Positions 21,401-28,894 of a DNA stretch of 64,000 nucleotides are shown one piece after another. The translations under genes were made by a program, and so were the position numbers. Numbering within the stretch: the stretch's first letter is position 1; the number at the start of each line of letters is the position of its first letter. Below the pieces are notes generated by a model that was not told the DNA's origin, searched no databases, and worked only from the letters and a program-made list of their open reading frames with translations. The DNA is taken from the IMG/VR virus record IMGVR_UViG_3300009108_000751, positions 62,001-126,000 of that record, one strand, 5' to 3'.

Positions 21401-24400
21401 TGAGTGGAGCCATCGACAGTAAAGGCACTGCAATAACAGGGTCAGCAGTCTTCGGCGGTGATCTTTTAGTAAGCGGAAATATCAATGCGCCTAGGGGGAT
21501 GTCAGGATCACTAACTCGCCTTACTGACGGGACATCTTACTTGGCTGCCGGGTCAAACATAACTATTACTTCTTCTTCCAACGGCCAAGTAACCATCGCT
21601 TCCTCTGGGGGTGGAGGCGGGTCCATAACAGTAAAAGAGAACGATGGTGATCCTTCTGTATCTGGTGTAACTACGATCTCATTTGATAATGCGATTGTTA
21701 CAGATGAGGGCAGTAACACAGTCGTGATATCAGGAACCATTGGTACGCCAGAAGATGGAACCTATGAAGACGGTTTATTTACTACGTTTACTAACAAGAC
21801 CTACACGGGCGTTGCAATCGATAAGATTAACGAGGTGCTTAAAGAGCTGGCACCAAGCCCAGCACCTAACCTGGATGATGTCAACTCTTTCAATACAGGC
21901 GATGCAGTTTACTTATCTTTTGGTAGCTCGAATTCCATAAGCGGCTATACTAACGTTGGGTCTTCTGCTGGCGTGGGTTCTGCAGTAGATGTTAACGGAT
22001 TGTACCAGGCTGCAACAAGTAGCAACAACATAAGGACGGCGGCCTACAATCTTACCCAAAGCATGTCAGGTGTCTTAAATGACGACATCGCCGCTGGGTT
22101 CTCTGGTGCAACGCTCAATTATGTCTCACAAAGCTTCGGAAGCGGTGAGCAGGGCTATGTTCACTTAGAGTTAAATGGAACCGTAATCGCAACAGCAAGT
22201 CTATCCGGCACTACGGGCCTTACAACCCGAGGAATCGATCCGCCAGGATCCGGATCAGGAACTTACTTGAATACTAACGGGTCTGGGCTTACCAACTTAT
22301 CTATCACAGGATCGGCTGTCAAAGAGGACGGAACAGACTTTACGTTCTTCCAGCACCGAACCGGAAGATTCTTGATAGCAGCAGATAGTCAGCGAAATGG
22401 CTGGAACTATGCACGGGTCATTCATTATGCTGATGGGGCCACGTCTACAACCAACTATATTGAGTGGGTAAATGATTCTAATTCCGACGCATTAGCTGCT
22501 TCTTCCAATTCTCTCACGCCGCAGCTTTCGGGGAGCCGCCATCTCTCAGGAGTAGAATACTACATCTCTGGAAACGTCAGCTACAAAGTCGCGGTTTCAA
22601 ATGCGTACAGAAACGTCTATGATAATACAGCAATCTCTTTTGAGACGCACAACTGCTCGATTGCCTCACAAGCGAAGCCCACTATTGGCGCCGGCGAAGA
22701 TCACACAAAAGTTCTCCACCTGACAGGGGCAGGTAGCATCACATCAACGACGATGCTTACAAGCTCAGTAACAGCGGGTGTTAATGTTACTCATCCCTTT
22801 AAGGCGAACTTATCAGATGCCGGGAATACAGTAACTGATGGAATCTTGCTCTTCAGTCTTTCAGGAAGCTCTACCTCACAGAGAGAGAAGTTCCAAGAAG
22901 AGACTTACCGCGTAATATCAGGTACATACGCTAATCAGGCAGCTGTAACTAATGCTTCTAATGTGTGGGACTCTGAAGTATTTATGACTGCTAGTAACGG
23001 TGGACACACCGATGGTCTGCAATTCTTTTCTTCGTCACTTCTTTCTCCTACGAATACGCTTTTAAGCGGAGATTTCCGAAATACTGCGGACGGTGGAAGC
23101 ATCCAGTATGCTCCTGCAGGAAACCCAAACTATTCAGGTGTCTCAGGTCAGCGCACTTTCTATCGTCATTTCAAGAATGAGACTGGATCAACACAGTATA
23201 CCGCAAAGATAGCAGTCAGCGGCAGCGGAACTATAGTAGGCCCTTCAACATCTCTAAATTCTTCAAGGTTGAGAATATTCTTAAAAATGGCGTCAGGGTC
23301 AATTGGCTCTACAGGGTGGATGGATCTTTCTTCTGCCTTTAGTTTTGGGAGCTATGAAGATAATGATGGATGCCTTGATGGATCATTTGACAGCTCTTTA
23401 AATGCTAACAATAACGCTAACTTTGGAATACAGGGAATTGCAAATAACGAATATTTGCTAATGAGGGTGGAGGCTGATGAAGCCTGGACCGGGAATATAA
23501 GTGAGATCGAAGTAACATTCGGTGCTGGGACAGGTACAACAGAGTCAGCACCCACGCTTTCAAGGCTCGACTCAGAGGAAGTGGGCGTAACATCCAAGCT
23601 TTCATTTGGATCATCAAAGGCAATATCGGGGTATACCAGTGTTGCAGCTTCGGCAGGACTTGCATCTGCTGTTGATGTTAATGGAACTTACCAGGTCGCG
23701 ACCAGCAGTAATAATTTCCGGCTAGGTACTTTTGACGGAACTAACATCTTTGAAGGAGATCTCAATCCGCAAGTCGCAGCAGATAGTCCCAATTATGTTG
23801 CAAATTCTTTTGATCAGGCAGGGACAGGATCCCTTAGGCTTGAAGTTAATGGGAGCACAGTCCACACACTTTACCTTACAGGATCGACAGGAACCGGAAG
23901 CCCCGGATCTGGAACCGCCGTTCTAACCGGAAGTAATGGATCTGGATTTATCAACGTAAGCACTTTCTCACCTGCAGAATTTAGCAACGGTGTCAAAGAT
24001 TACACTAAACTTTACAGAACTGCAAAATATCGTGTTGGAACAAGCGACCAGAGAAATGGATGGAACTACGCCAGAGTCGTCCACACAGTAACTGGGTCAG
24101 ATAGAGAAACAACTTATGTTGAGTGGGTTAACGACAATGATAGCAATGCCCTTAGTATAAGCAGTGCTTCAATGGGTAATTTTGGAGGAACTAGTCCGTA
24201 TTATCAAAGTGGCATCGCATACTTTGTCAATTGCACTTCTTCAATAAGATATCAGTCTGATAACGGATACAAGAACGTGTACTCGGCTTTGTCAACAGCT
24301 GTAACAACACCGACTGAAACTAATCTCACTATCAACAGCATTATGATAACAGGTTCGGGCGTCACCAACCAGATCGACTCTGGGGACAATTCTACTCTTG

Positions 24401-25305
24401 CATCCCTTGAAACAGGCGTTTCAAACTCTGAAACCTTGCCAATTTTTGTCACGCACTCGATATCATTCAGCCGAAGTGAATCTCTCCCGGGACCGTATGG
24501 ATCAACCGCGTACTCTGTCACAGGAACTGTTAGAGTCAAGCATCCGCTAAAGAGCGATATCACTAGCTCTGGGCTAGCCAAGGGGGTCTTCTTAGTATTT
24601 ACAAGCTCCAACACTTCTGATTTAAATAATAACGAGTATTTCACCAGCGAGAAGTACAGGATCAAGTCAGGCACATACAGCACACAAAATTCAGTTATTG
24701 CAGATTCAGCTGAGTGGCAACCTTCTGCTTCAATGAACAACGGTTCTGATCTAGGCCATTACGCGGGAATGCTTGTGTACAACGATCAGATAATATCACC
24801 GATTTCTGGGGTTCTTGGAGGAGACTACAGATCTTCCGATGATGGTGGATCTCTACAGGCCCCAGAGGGTAATCCAAACTATAGCTCGTTAGGAATAAGC
24901 CACAGAGAATATGAGAGATACTTTAAAAATAATACTACTTCTGATACACCCCAAATTACTATAACCCTTTACGGAGATGCAACTCTGGTAGGAAGATCAG
25001 GGGCGAACTCAGGAAGCTTAGGTGCAAATAAAAACATTCATTGTGATGTCAAGATACCGAGCAAGACAGGTTATTTAGATCTAGCAAAGCCCTCACCAGG
25101 TGCAGGTCCTGTAGCTGATGGTGATGGCGGGCTTAGTGGAGACTTGGATGCTACCGTTGATGGGTCAGGAGCTTCAAATCTTTGCACCTTTAATGGGCAA
25201 ACCCTTGATGGGACGGCGTCAACGCCACAATATGTTATAATAAGAGTAGTCTCAGATAAAGACTTTACAGGGACTGTGACTCGAATTCAAGTTGCGTATA
25301 CCTAG
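18427..25305 (+). CDS. Giant modular tail fibre/appendage protein, 2292 aa (TTG start)
   Basis: VGIGTSSP-type repeats, five SGSLT(R/N)LxDG(T/S)SYLxAG modules, C-terminal ~560-aa tandem duplication; GAGG RBS at 18418. Confidence 0.7.
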   Translation: MADFTKFFVNSKTGKIETIGATKISVIDFRAATARVGSGELPGTDTSFFSSGSINAKSNSKFGISTFGGDLVTSGAIFSELGLSGSLTRLTDGTSYLIAGTNITISSSSNGSVTITGIAQDSEVLVKEELSTDSGATTTTYALTNTPNDAAAMAVYVNGILRLSGSANDYTYAQASNQVIFNPSPPSGSIIQAIFTTGSSGGGEGSSNVWSRSSNSAYLTTTSDLVGIGTSSPEAKLEVSNAVDPNNDLNDPTDYQAVLRHGSTTTNKSVGIGFVVDTAADNIGAAIIHNRDGNYSQGNLQFYTKNSTADGADPALALTITNDQKVGIGTASPGAKIEVQVSNSDNTGGVFVNSDETGGYYALEVDAESTSNPAAYIHGYGTHLEQDISSGYGLKVSRNIAEGGSNPLVNIHDDNANNTQTTLKVTQDGTGDLVNFLTGSTEVVTIDNTGQLGVGTSSPNEKITIEGAISFDELASSPGATSGYGKVFVKSSDSKLYFKNDSGTEFDLTAAATSGAPTDAQYVVLSSNGALTAERVLTAGNGIALVDSGSGANLTISQSINTDDFAFASNELHLATQVLKSASTDSGTADGASHTLTFAGGEGIDTSAAGSTVTISGENASTSNKGVASFTAADFTVIGGNVSLGDNVLKQVETDSGTATASSHKIDIAGGTGIKTSATGDTVTLAINDSVVATLSGSAFTGGVKISDNLRVTGTGSFDTGLSGSLTRLTDGSSYLIAGSNITITSASNGSVTIAGNAGDITAVTAGTGLTGGGSSGDVTLAIDDSVVATISGANFTGNVGVTGSIRSTLGYSGSLTNLLDGTSYLAAGAGISISSSSNGQIVITNDGTVGDITSVTAGTGLTGGGSSGDVTLNIDDSVVATISGSAFTGGVKISDNLRVTGTGSFDTGISGSLTRLTDGTSYLVAGTNVTITSASNGQITIASSGGGSGTSFFTSPAAGKINTTGSAVFAGGQLGTSYVATTVGSDVFFFVSGAIDSKGTAITGSAVFGGDLLVSGNINAPRGMSGSLTRLTDGTSYLAAGSNITITSSSNGQVTIASSGGGGGSITVKENDGDPSVSGVTTISFDNAIVTDEGSNTVVISGTIGTPEDGTYEDGLFTTFTNKTYTGVAIDKINEVLKELAPSPAPNLDDVNSFNTGDAVYLSFGSSNSISGYTNVGSSAGVGSAVDVNGLYQAATSSNNIRTAAYNLTQSMSGVLNDDIAAGFSGATLNYVSQSFGSGEQGYVHLELNGTVIATASLSGTTGLTTRGIDPPGSGSGTYLNTNGSGLTNLSITGSAVKEDGTDFTFFQHRTGRFLIAADSQRNGWNYARVIHYADGATSTTNYIEWVNDSNSDALAASSNSLTPQLSGSRHLSGVEYYISGNVSYKVAVSNAYRNVYDNTAISFETHNCSIASQAKPTIGAGEDHTKVLHLTGAGSITSTTMLTSSVTAGVNVTHPFKANLSDAGNTVTDGILLFSLSGSSTSQREKFQEETYRVISGTYANQAAVTNASNVWDSEVFMTASNGGHTDGLQFFSSSLLSPTNTLLSGDFRNTADGGSIQYAPAGNPNYSGVSGQRTFYRHFKNETGSTQYTAKIAVSGSGTIVGPSTSLNSSRLRIFLKMASGSIGSTGWMDLSSAFSFGSYEDNDGCLDGSFDSSLNANNNANFGIQGIANNEYLLMRVEADEAWTGNISEIEVTFGAGTGTTESAPTLSRLDSEEVGVTSKLSFGSSKAISGYTSVAASAGLASAVDVNGTYQVATSSNNFRLGTFDGTNIFEGDLNPQVAADSPNYVANSFDQAGTGSLRLEVNGSTVHTLYLTGSTGTGSPGSGTAVLTGSNGSGFINVSTFSPAEFSNGVKDYTKLYRTAKYRVGTSDQRNGWNYARVVHTVTGSDRETTYVEWVNDNDSNALSISSASMGNFGGTSPYYQSGIAYFVNCTSSIRYQSDNGYKNVYSALSTAVTTPTETNLTINSIMITGSGVTNQIDSGDNSTLASLETGVSNSETLPIFVTHSISFSRSESLPGPYGSTAYSVTGTVRVKHPLKSDITSSGLAKGVFLVFTSSNTSDLNNNEYFTSEKYRIKSGTYSTQNSVIADSAEWQPSASMNNGSDLGHYAGMLVYNDQIISPISGVLGGDYRSSDDGGSLQAPEGNPNYSSLGISHREYERYFKNNTTSDTPQITITLYGDATLVGRSGANSGSLGANKNIHCDVKIPSKTGYLDLAKPSPGAGPVADGDGGLSGDLDATVDGSGASNLCTFNGQTLDGTASTPQYVIIRVVSDKDFTGTVTRIQVAYT

Positions 25306-27370
25306 GATATAAGATGGCAGGCAAGACAGACAGAACCGGAGTACAATACGCTTTTAAAAAGCTATCTGGTCGTGCGAATACATCTAATATTAAGTCTGAT
25401 GCGCAAGAAGTCATCGGATCAAATATCCAGGTGGGTACGCAAACTATCTTTGGGCAAGATGTACCAGCCTCTGGATCGAGAATAGATTACCAGATCTACG
25501 GAAGCACTGCAGAGTATGTTGTCTTCACTGTTGCTGTTATTACAGGGACTACGTACGATGCAGATTCTGCGACAGGAGGCGGCGGCGACGGAAGTCAAAG
25601 TGCAGGTCCGCATGGTTACAAGCTTTTCCTTACAGGTAATTATGAAGCCCTGTCAAGTAACCCCAAGAAGGGAAAATCTCCTTTCACAGACGGAAGCCTT
25701 GTTCACGAGTCTCTCGGAAGGCTCCAGCTTATTCCTCCCAACTTCTCGCAAGAATCTCCCAATCCTTACATTCTTAAGATTTATGAAGCTGACTCCGGAA
25801 ATGCAAACGAGATCGGAGATGAGATTCCTCTTCTTGATGAAGTCGACTGGACCTTTGATTACTACAATGGAATCTTATTCTTGCAAGACTATGATTCTGG
25901 GAAAATACCAGCATTCGCCAAGGGATTCATTTATATTGGTGATTATCTATCTGCTTCCATCGGGGGCGGAGGAGGTGGAGGAGACGGAGCAGCATCTTAT
26001 GTCGTGATGTCCGCAACGGGCTCCCTAAGCTCAGAAAGAGTGCTGACAGCGGGCTCAGGCATCAATGTCACTGACGCCGGCGCGGGATCCACAGTAACCC
26101 TGAGTGTACACGACAGCGTTGTCGCGACGATATCCGGGTCGACATTCACAGGAGCCACTAAATTCAATTCTGGGTTATCTGGATCACTCACACGCCTAAC
26201 AGGAGGAACGTCTTATCTCGCTGCGGGCTCCAACGTCACAATAACGTCAGCCTCAAACGGCCAGATTACTATTTCTTCAACAGGCGGCGGAGGTGGAGGA
26301 GATTCTGGGCCAACATTCTTCTCTAGCACCACGAACCGTTCGATCTTTACCACAGGATCTACAGCCTTTGTGGGTGGGCAATCCTCCCCTGCAGCACCAG
26401 ATGCACCCAGTGATATCGGAAACGATGTCTTCTTCTTTGTCAGCGGATCTATAGGTTCTAGGGGCTCAGCTGTAACAGGAAGTGCAGTATTCGGCGGAGA
26501 TCTTACTGTTTCTGGAGCTCTGGCATTAAACCAGGGTGCTGCTGCTGGAAGTCAAGTGTTTGTGACAACTGAAGGGAAAGTTGGTATTGGAACCAGCACT
26601 CCCGCTTACAAGCTTTCCGTGGGCGGAAATATGGAGGTGGGTGAGTACATTTATCATAGAAATGATACCGATACCTACATGAGGCTTGAAGCAGACCAGA
26701 TAACGTTTGCTGCAGGCACCGAAACATTATTAACTCTTCGAGAGCACACGCAGGATATCGTGACTATCGGCGACGGAGGAGATGTTGATTTTCAAGTCAA
26801 GACGAGTAATGACGATAACACGCTTTTTGTTCAAGGTAGCTCTGATAGTGTGGGTATCGGATTAAATGCGCCCGCAACCACTCTGCATGTGAAGGATTCA
26901 AGCCCCGGAATCAGAATACAAAGAGAGGCCCAAACTGAAGACAGTACTTTGGACTTCGCAGGCGCTGCAGGAGTCGTCGGAGCTTCTATTGTAAAGGGTG
27001 CCAATACTAACGACTTAATATTCAACGTCTTTAATGGCTCTACTGTCGAGGAGATGCTGAGACTAGGGGGTCACTATTCAGCAGGCAATAGACAAGTAAT
27101 CTTTCTTTCAGGTTCTACCATGCATGCTGGAGCCATGCAACCAAGACAGGCAGCCGATATCGCATTCTTTGTCTCGGGAGCAGTGGGGTCTCGAGCCACA
27201 TCCACCAAGGGTACATCGGTATTTGGAGGCGATATTGCAGTATCAGGTTCGCTGCACGGCCTAATGGGCCTGAGTGGTTCATTAACTCGCCTTGCTGACG
27301 GCTCGTCTTACTTAGCAGCGGGTTCAAATATAACAATTCTGTCAGCCTCAAACGGCCAGATTACGATATC
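18670..27370 (+). repeat. Seven copies of a ~34-aa module GxSGSLT(R/N)LxxG(T/S)SYLxAGxxIxIxSxSNG
   Basis: Copies start at 18670, 20587, 20857, 21151, 21496 (2292-aa ORF) and 26172, 27267 (1020-aa ORF). Confidence 0.9.
21859..25302 (+). repeat. Two-copy tandem protein repeat of ~555-562 aa
   Basis: AP...LSFGSS..ISGYT.V...AG..SAVDVNG.YQ.ATSSNN at 21862 and 23548 (offset 1686 nt); QRNGWNYARV at 22390 and 24049; EWVND in both. Confidence 0.9.
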
Positions 27371-28376
27371 ATCAACCGCCGGAGGCGGAGGTTCCGGGGA
27401 CTCTGCAGCACACTACGTAGTTACCGAAGCTACTGGATCACTTTCAAATTACAAGCTAATTGAGGCGGGAACCGGGATTACGCTCACCACAGGGTCGAAT
27501 AGTCTTACAGTTGCATCTGACCTCTCTTTAATACAAGGGCGAAACAAGAAGAGGTATATTGTCACTGCATCACATCCAGCTGATTCCCCGTTTTCAACGC
27601 CCCAGTCAAACTTCTCTCAGGTTGTTTATGATCCCGACCTTATTGATGTGTACCTTAACGGAATGCTCACTCTATCCGGAACTAGCGCCCAAGTTGACTC
27701 CGCTGCGGTTGACTATACGGTGTTCTCCTCCGGATCGATATCGTTCGCCTTCTCTCTTAACCCCTACGATGTTGTCGATGTTGTTCTATCCCAGCTGAAT
27801 TCTGATTCAACCTCCGGCGGCGACGCGTCGGCTACTTACCTCGTGCTTTCAGCGACAGGATCATTAACCAGCGAACGCGTGTTCACTGCAGGTACAGGCT
27901 TATCAACCACAGACGGTGGAGCAGGAAGTACCTACACAGTCGACGTAGATGATTCAGTAGTCGCAACTCTGACAGGATCAGTCTTTACCGGAGGGGTTAC
28001 CGTCCAAGGAGCACTCACATCATCTTTGGGTGTAGGCACGCTAGCAACAAATTCTTCTACAATACACATCAGTGCCTCAAATGCCCCCTCTAGCGGTTCC
28101 GTCTTGGTAGCTAAATCATCAACAGAAGCTGTATGGCAACAGGCTATTGTTTTCGGAGAACAACCTTCCGGGACAAAGAACGGATCAAACCTGACATTCG
28201 CTTTAGGTAATGCTGTTATCAATAACACAGATCTAATGCTATTTGTAAACGGGCTTCTCCAGCTTTCGGGTTCATCTAACGACTACACCCTGACTGGAAG
28301 TGAGATAAACTTTAACAGTGGGCTTGCACCCTTTTCAGATGATGTCATCACAGCAATCTACAGGCCAAGCAATTAA
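25314..28376 (+). CDS. Modular tail fibre/appendage protein, 1020 aa
   Basis: Shares SGSLTRL, FFVSG..GS...VFGGD and ERVxTAG modules with the 2292-aa protein; C-terminal LFVNGLLQLSGSSNDYT domain. Confidence 0.7.
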   Translation: MAGKTDRTGVQYAFKKLSGRANTSNIKSDAQEVIGSNIQVGTQTIFGQDVPASGSRIDYQIYGSTAEYVVFTVAVITGTTYDADSATGGGGDGSQSAGPHGYKLFLTGNYEALSSNPKKGKSPFTDGSLVHESLGRLQLIPPNFSQESPNPYILKIYEADSGNANEIGDEIPLLDEVDWTFDYYNGILFLQDYDSGKIPAFAKGFIYIGDYLSASIGGGGGGGDGAASYVVMSATGSLSSERVLTAGSGINVTDAGAGSTVTLSVHDSVVATISGSTFTGATKFNSGLSGSLTRLTGGTSYLAAGSNVTITSASNGQITISSTGGGGGGDSGPTFFSSTTNRSIFTTGSTAFVGGQSSPAAPDAPSDIGNDVFFFVSGSIGSRGSAVTGSAVFGGDLTVSGALALNQGAAAGSQVFVTTEGKVGIGTSTPAYKLSVGGNMEVGEYIYHRNDTDTYMRLEADQITFAAGTETLLTLREHTQDIVTIGDGGDVDFQVKTSNDDNTLFVQGSSDSVGIGLNAPATTLHVKDSSPGIRIQREAQTEDSTLDFAGAAGVVGASIVKGANTNDLIFNVFNGSTVEEMLRLGGHYSAGNRQVIFLSGSTMHAGAMQPRQAADIAFFVSGAVGSRATSTKGTSVFGGDIAVSGSLHGLMGLSGSLTRLADGSSYLAAGSNITILSASNGQITISSTAGGGGSGDSAAHYVVTEATGSLSNYKLIEAGTGITLTTGSNSLTVASDLSLIQGRNKKRYIVTASHPADSPFSTPQSNFSQVVYDPDLIDVYLNGMLTLSGTSAQVDSAAVDYTVFSSGSISFAFSLNPYDVVDVVLSQLNSDSTSGGDASATYLVLSATGSLTSERVFTAGTGLSTTDGGAGSTYTVDVDDSVVATLTGSVFTGGVTVQGALTSSLGVGTLATNSSTIHISASNAPSSGSVLVAKSSTEAVWQQAIVFGEQPSGTKNGSNLTFALGNAVINNTDLMLFVNGLLQLSGSSNDYTLTGSEINFNSGLAPFSDDVITAIYRPSN

Positions 28377-28477
28377 ACAAGAGATCCGGCAACGTATGAC
28401 ATAGGTAATCTCAGGGCTTCTGATGCTTATTCTCCCATTTTAATACCCACTAAAGATAAAATCTTTGATATTTCTCT

Positions 28478-28494
28478 ATAGTTACTACCGTTAG
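28478..28494 (+). promoter_or_regulatory. Candidate late promoter ATAGTTACTACCGTTAG
   Basis: 16/17 identical to 57787-57803; intergenic, upstream of small ORF at 28518. Confidence 0.6.
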
Positions 28495-28517
28495 CGCGAA
28501 AGACCGGAGATCATGCT

Positions 28518-28745
28518 TTGCCAGGACAGATATTTGAGACAACTGATTTGGCCCTGGCTGCCTTCTGCAAGAGCAAAGGGTTAGTCCTGGCAGACCTTCG
28601 AAAGAACGATCGAGGTATCGTGACTTTTATCTTTAAAGATGAAAAAAATCTCTCAAAATCGATGATGATCGCATATTTAAACTCGGATGAGCGGAGCTTC
28701 CATGAGTCGCTGAAGGCACTCAAGAGGCTCGCATCATCGATATGA
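28518..28745 (+). CDS. Small DUF5659-like protein (TTG start)
   Basis: FETTDLALAAFCKSKGLVL...VTFIFKD...SFHESLKALK resembles the T-x-D-L-x-L-A-A-(Y/F)...F-x-F pattern recalled for DUF5659; GGAG at 28506. Confidence 0.6.
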   Translation: MPGQIFETTDLALAAFCKSKGLVLADLRKNDRGIVTFIFKDEKNLSKSMMIAYLNSDERSFHESLKALKRLASSI

Positions 28746-28793
28746 ATATAAAAATATAAAAATCACATCCTGATCCTCACTCCATTCCCAAGA

Positions 28794-28894
28794 CATCCTA
28801 ATACCAATGTAGACCTCCAAAGTACCGGTGCACACGCACGTTGCGTGTCGCGTCAGAAAAAGGATGGCAAGCCATTTAAATAAGGAGAAAAATA
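28794..28894 (+). promoter_or_regulatory. Structured 5' leader of the 746-aa gene
   Basis: Hairpin ACACGCA-CGT-TGCGTGT (28832-28848), hairpin ATGG-CAAG-CCAT (28864-28875), CATCCT (28794) complementary to AGGATG (28861), AAGGAG RBS at 28882. Confidence 0.4.

Noticed and set aside
18427-28376. Peptidase S74 intramolecular chaperone or diversity-generating retroelement target in fibre genes
   Set aside because: No S74 motif at the C-termini; repeated DNA copies differ at synonymous positions rather than only at adenines; no reverse transcriptase in the window.
28377-28894. tRNA genes in the larger intergenic gaps
   Set aside because: No cloverleaf, GTTCRA T-loop or CCA end found by eye here or at 62515-62692 and 63683-63830; tRNAscan-SE would be definitive.
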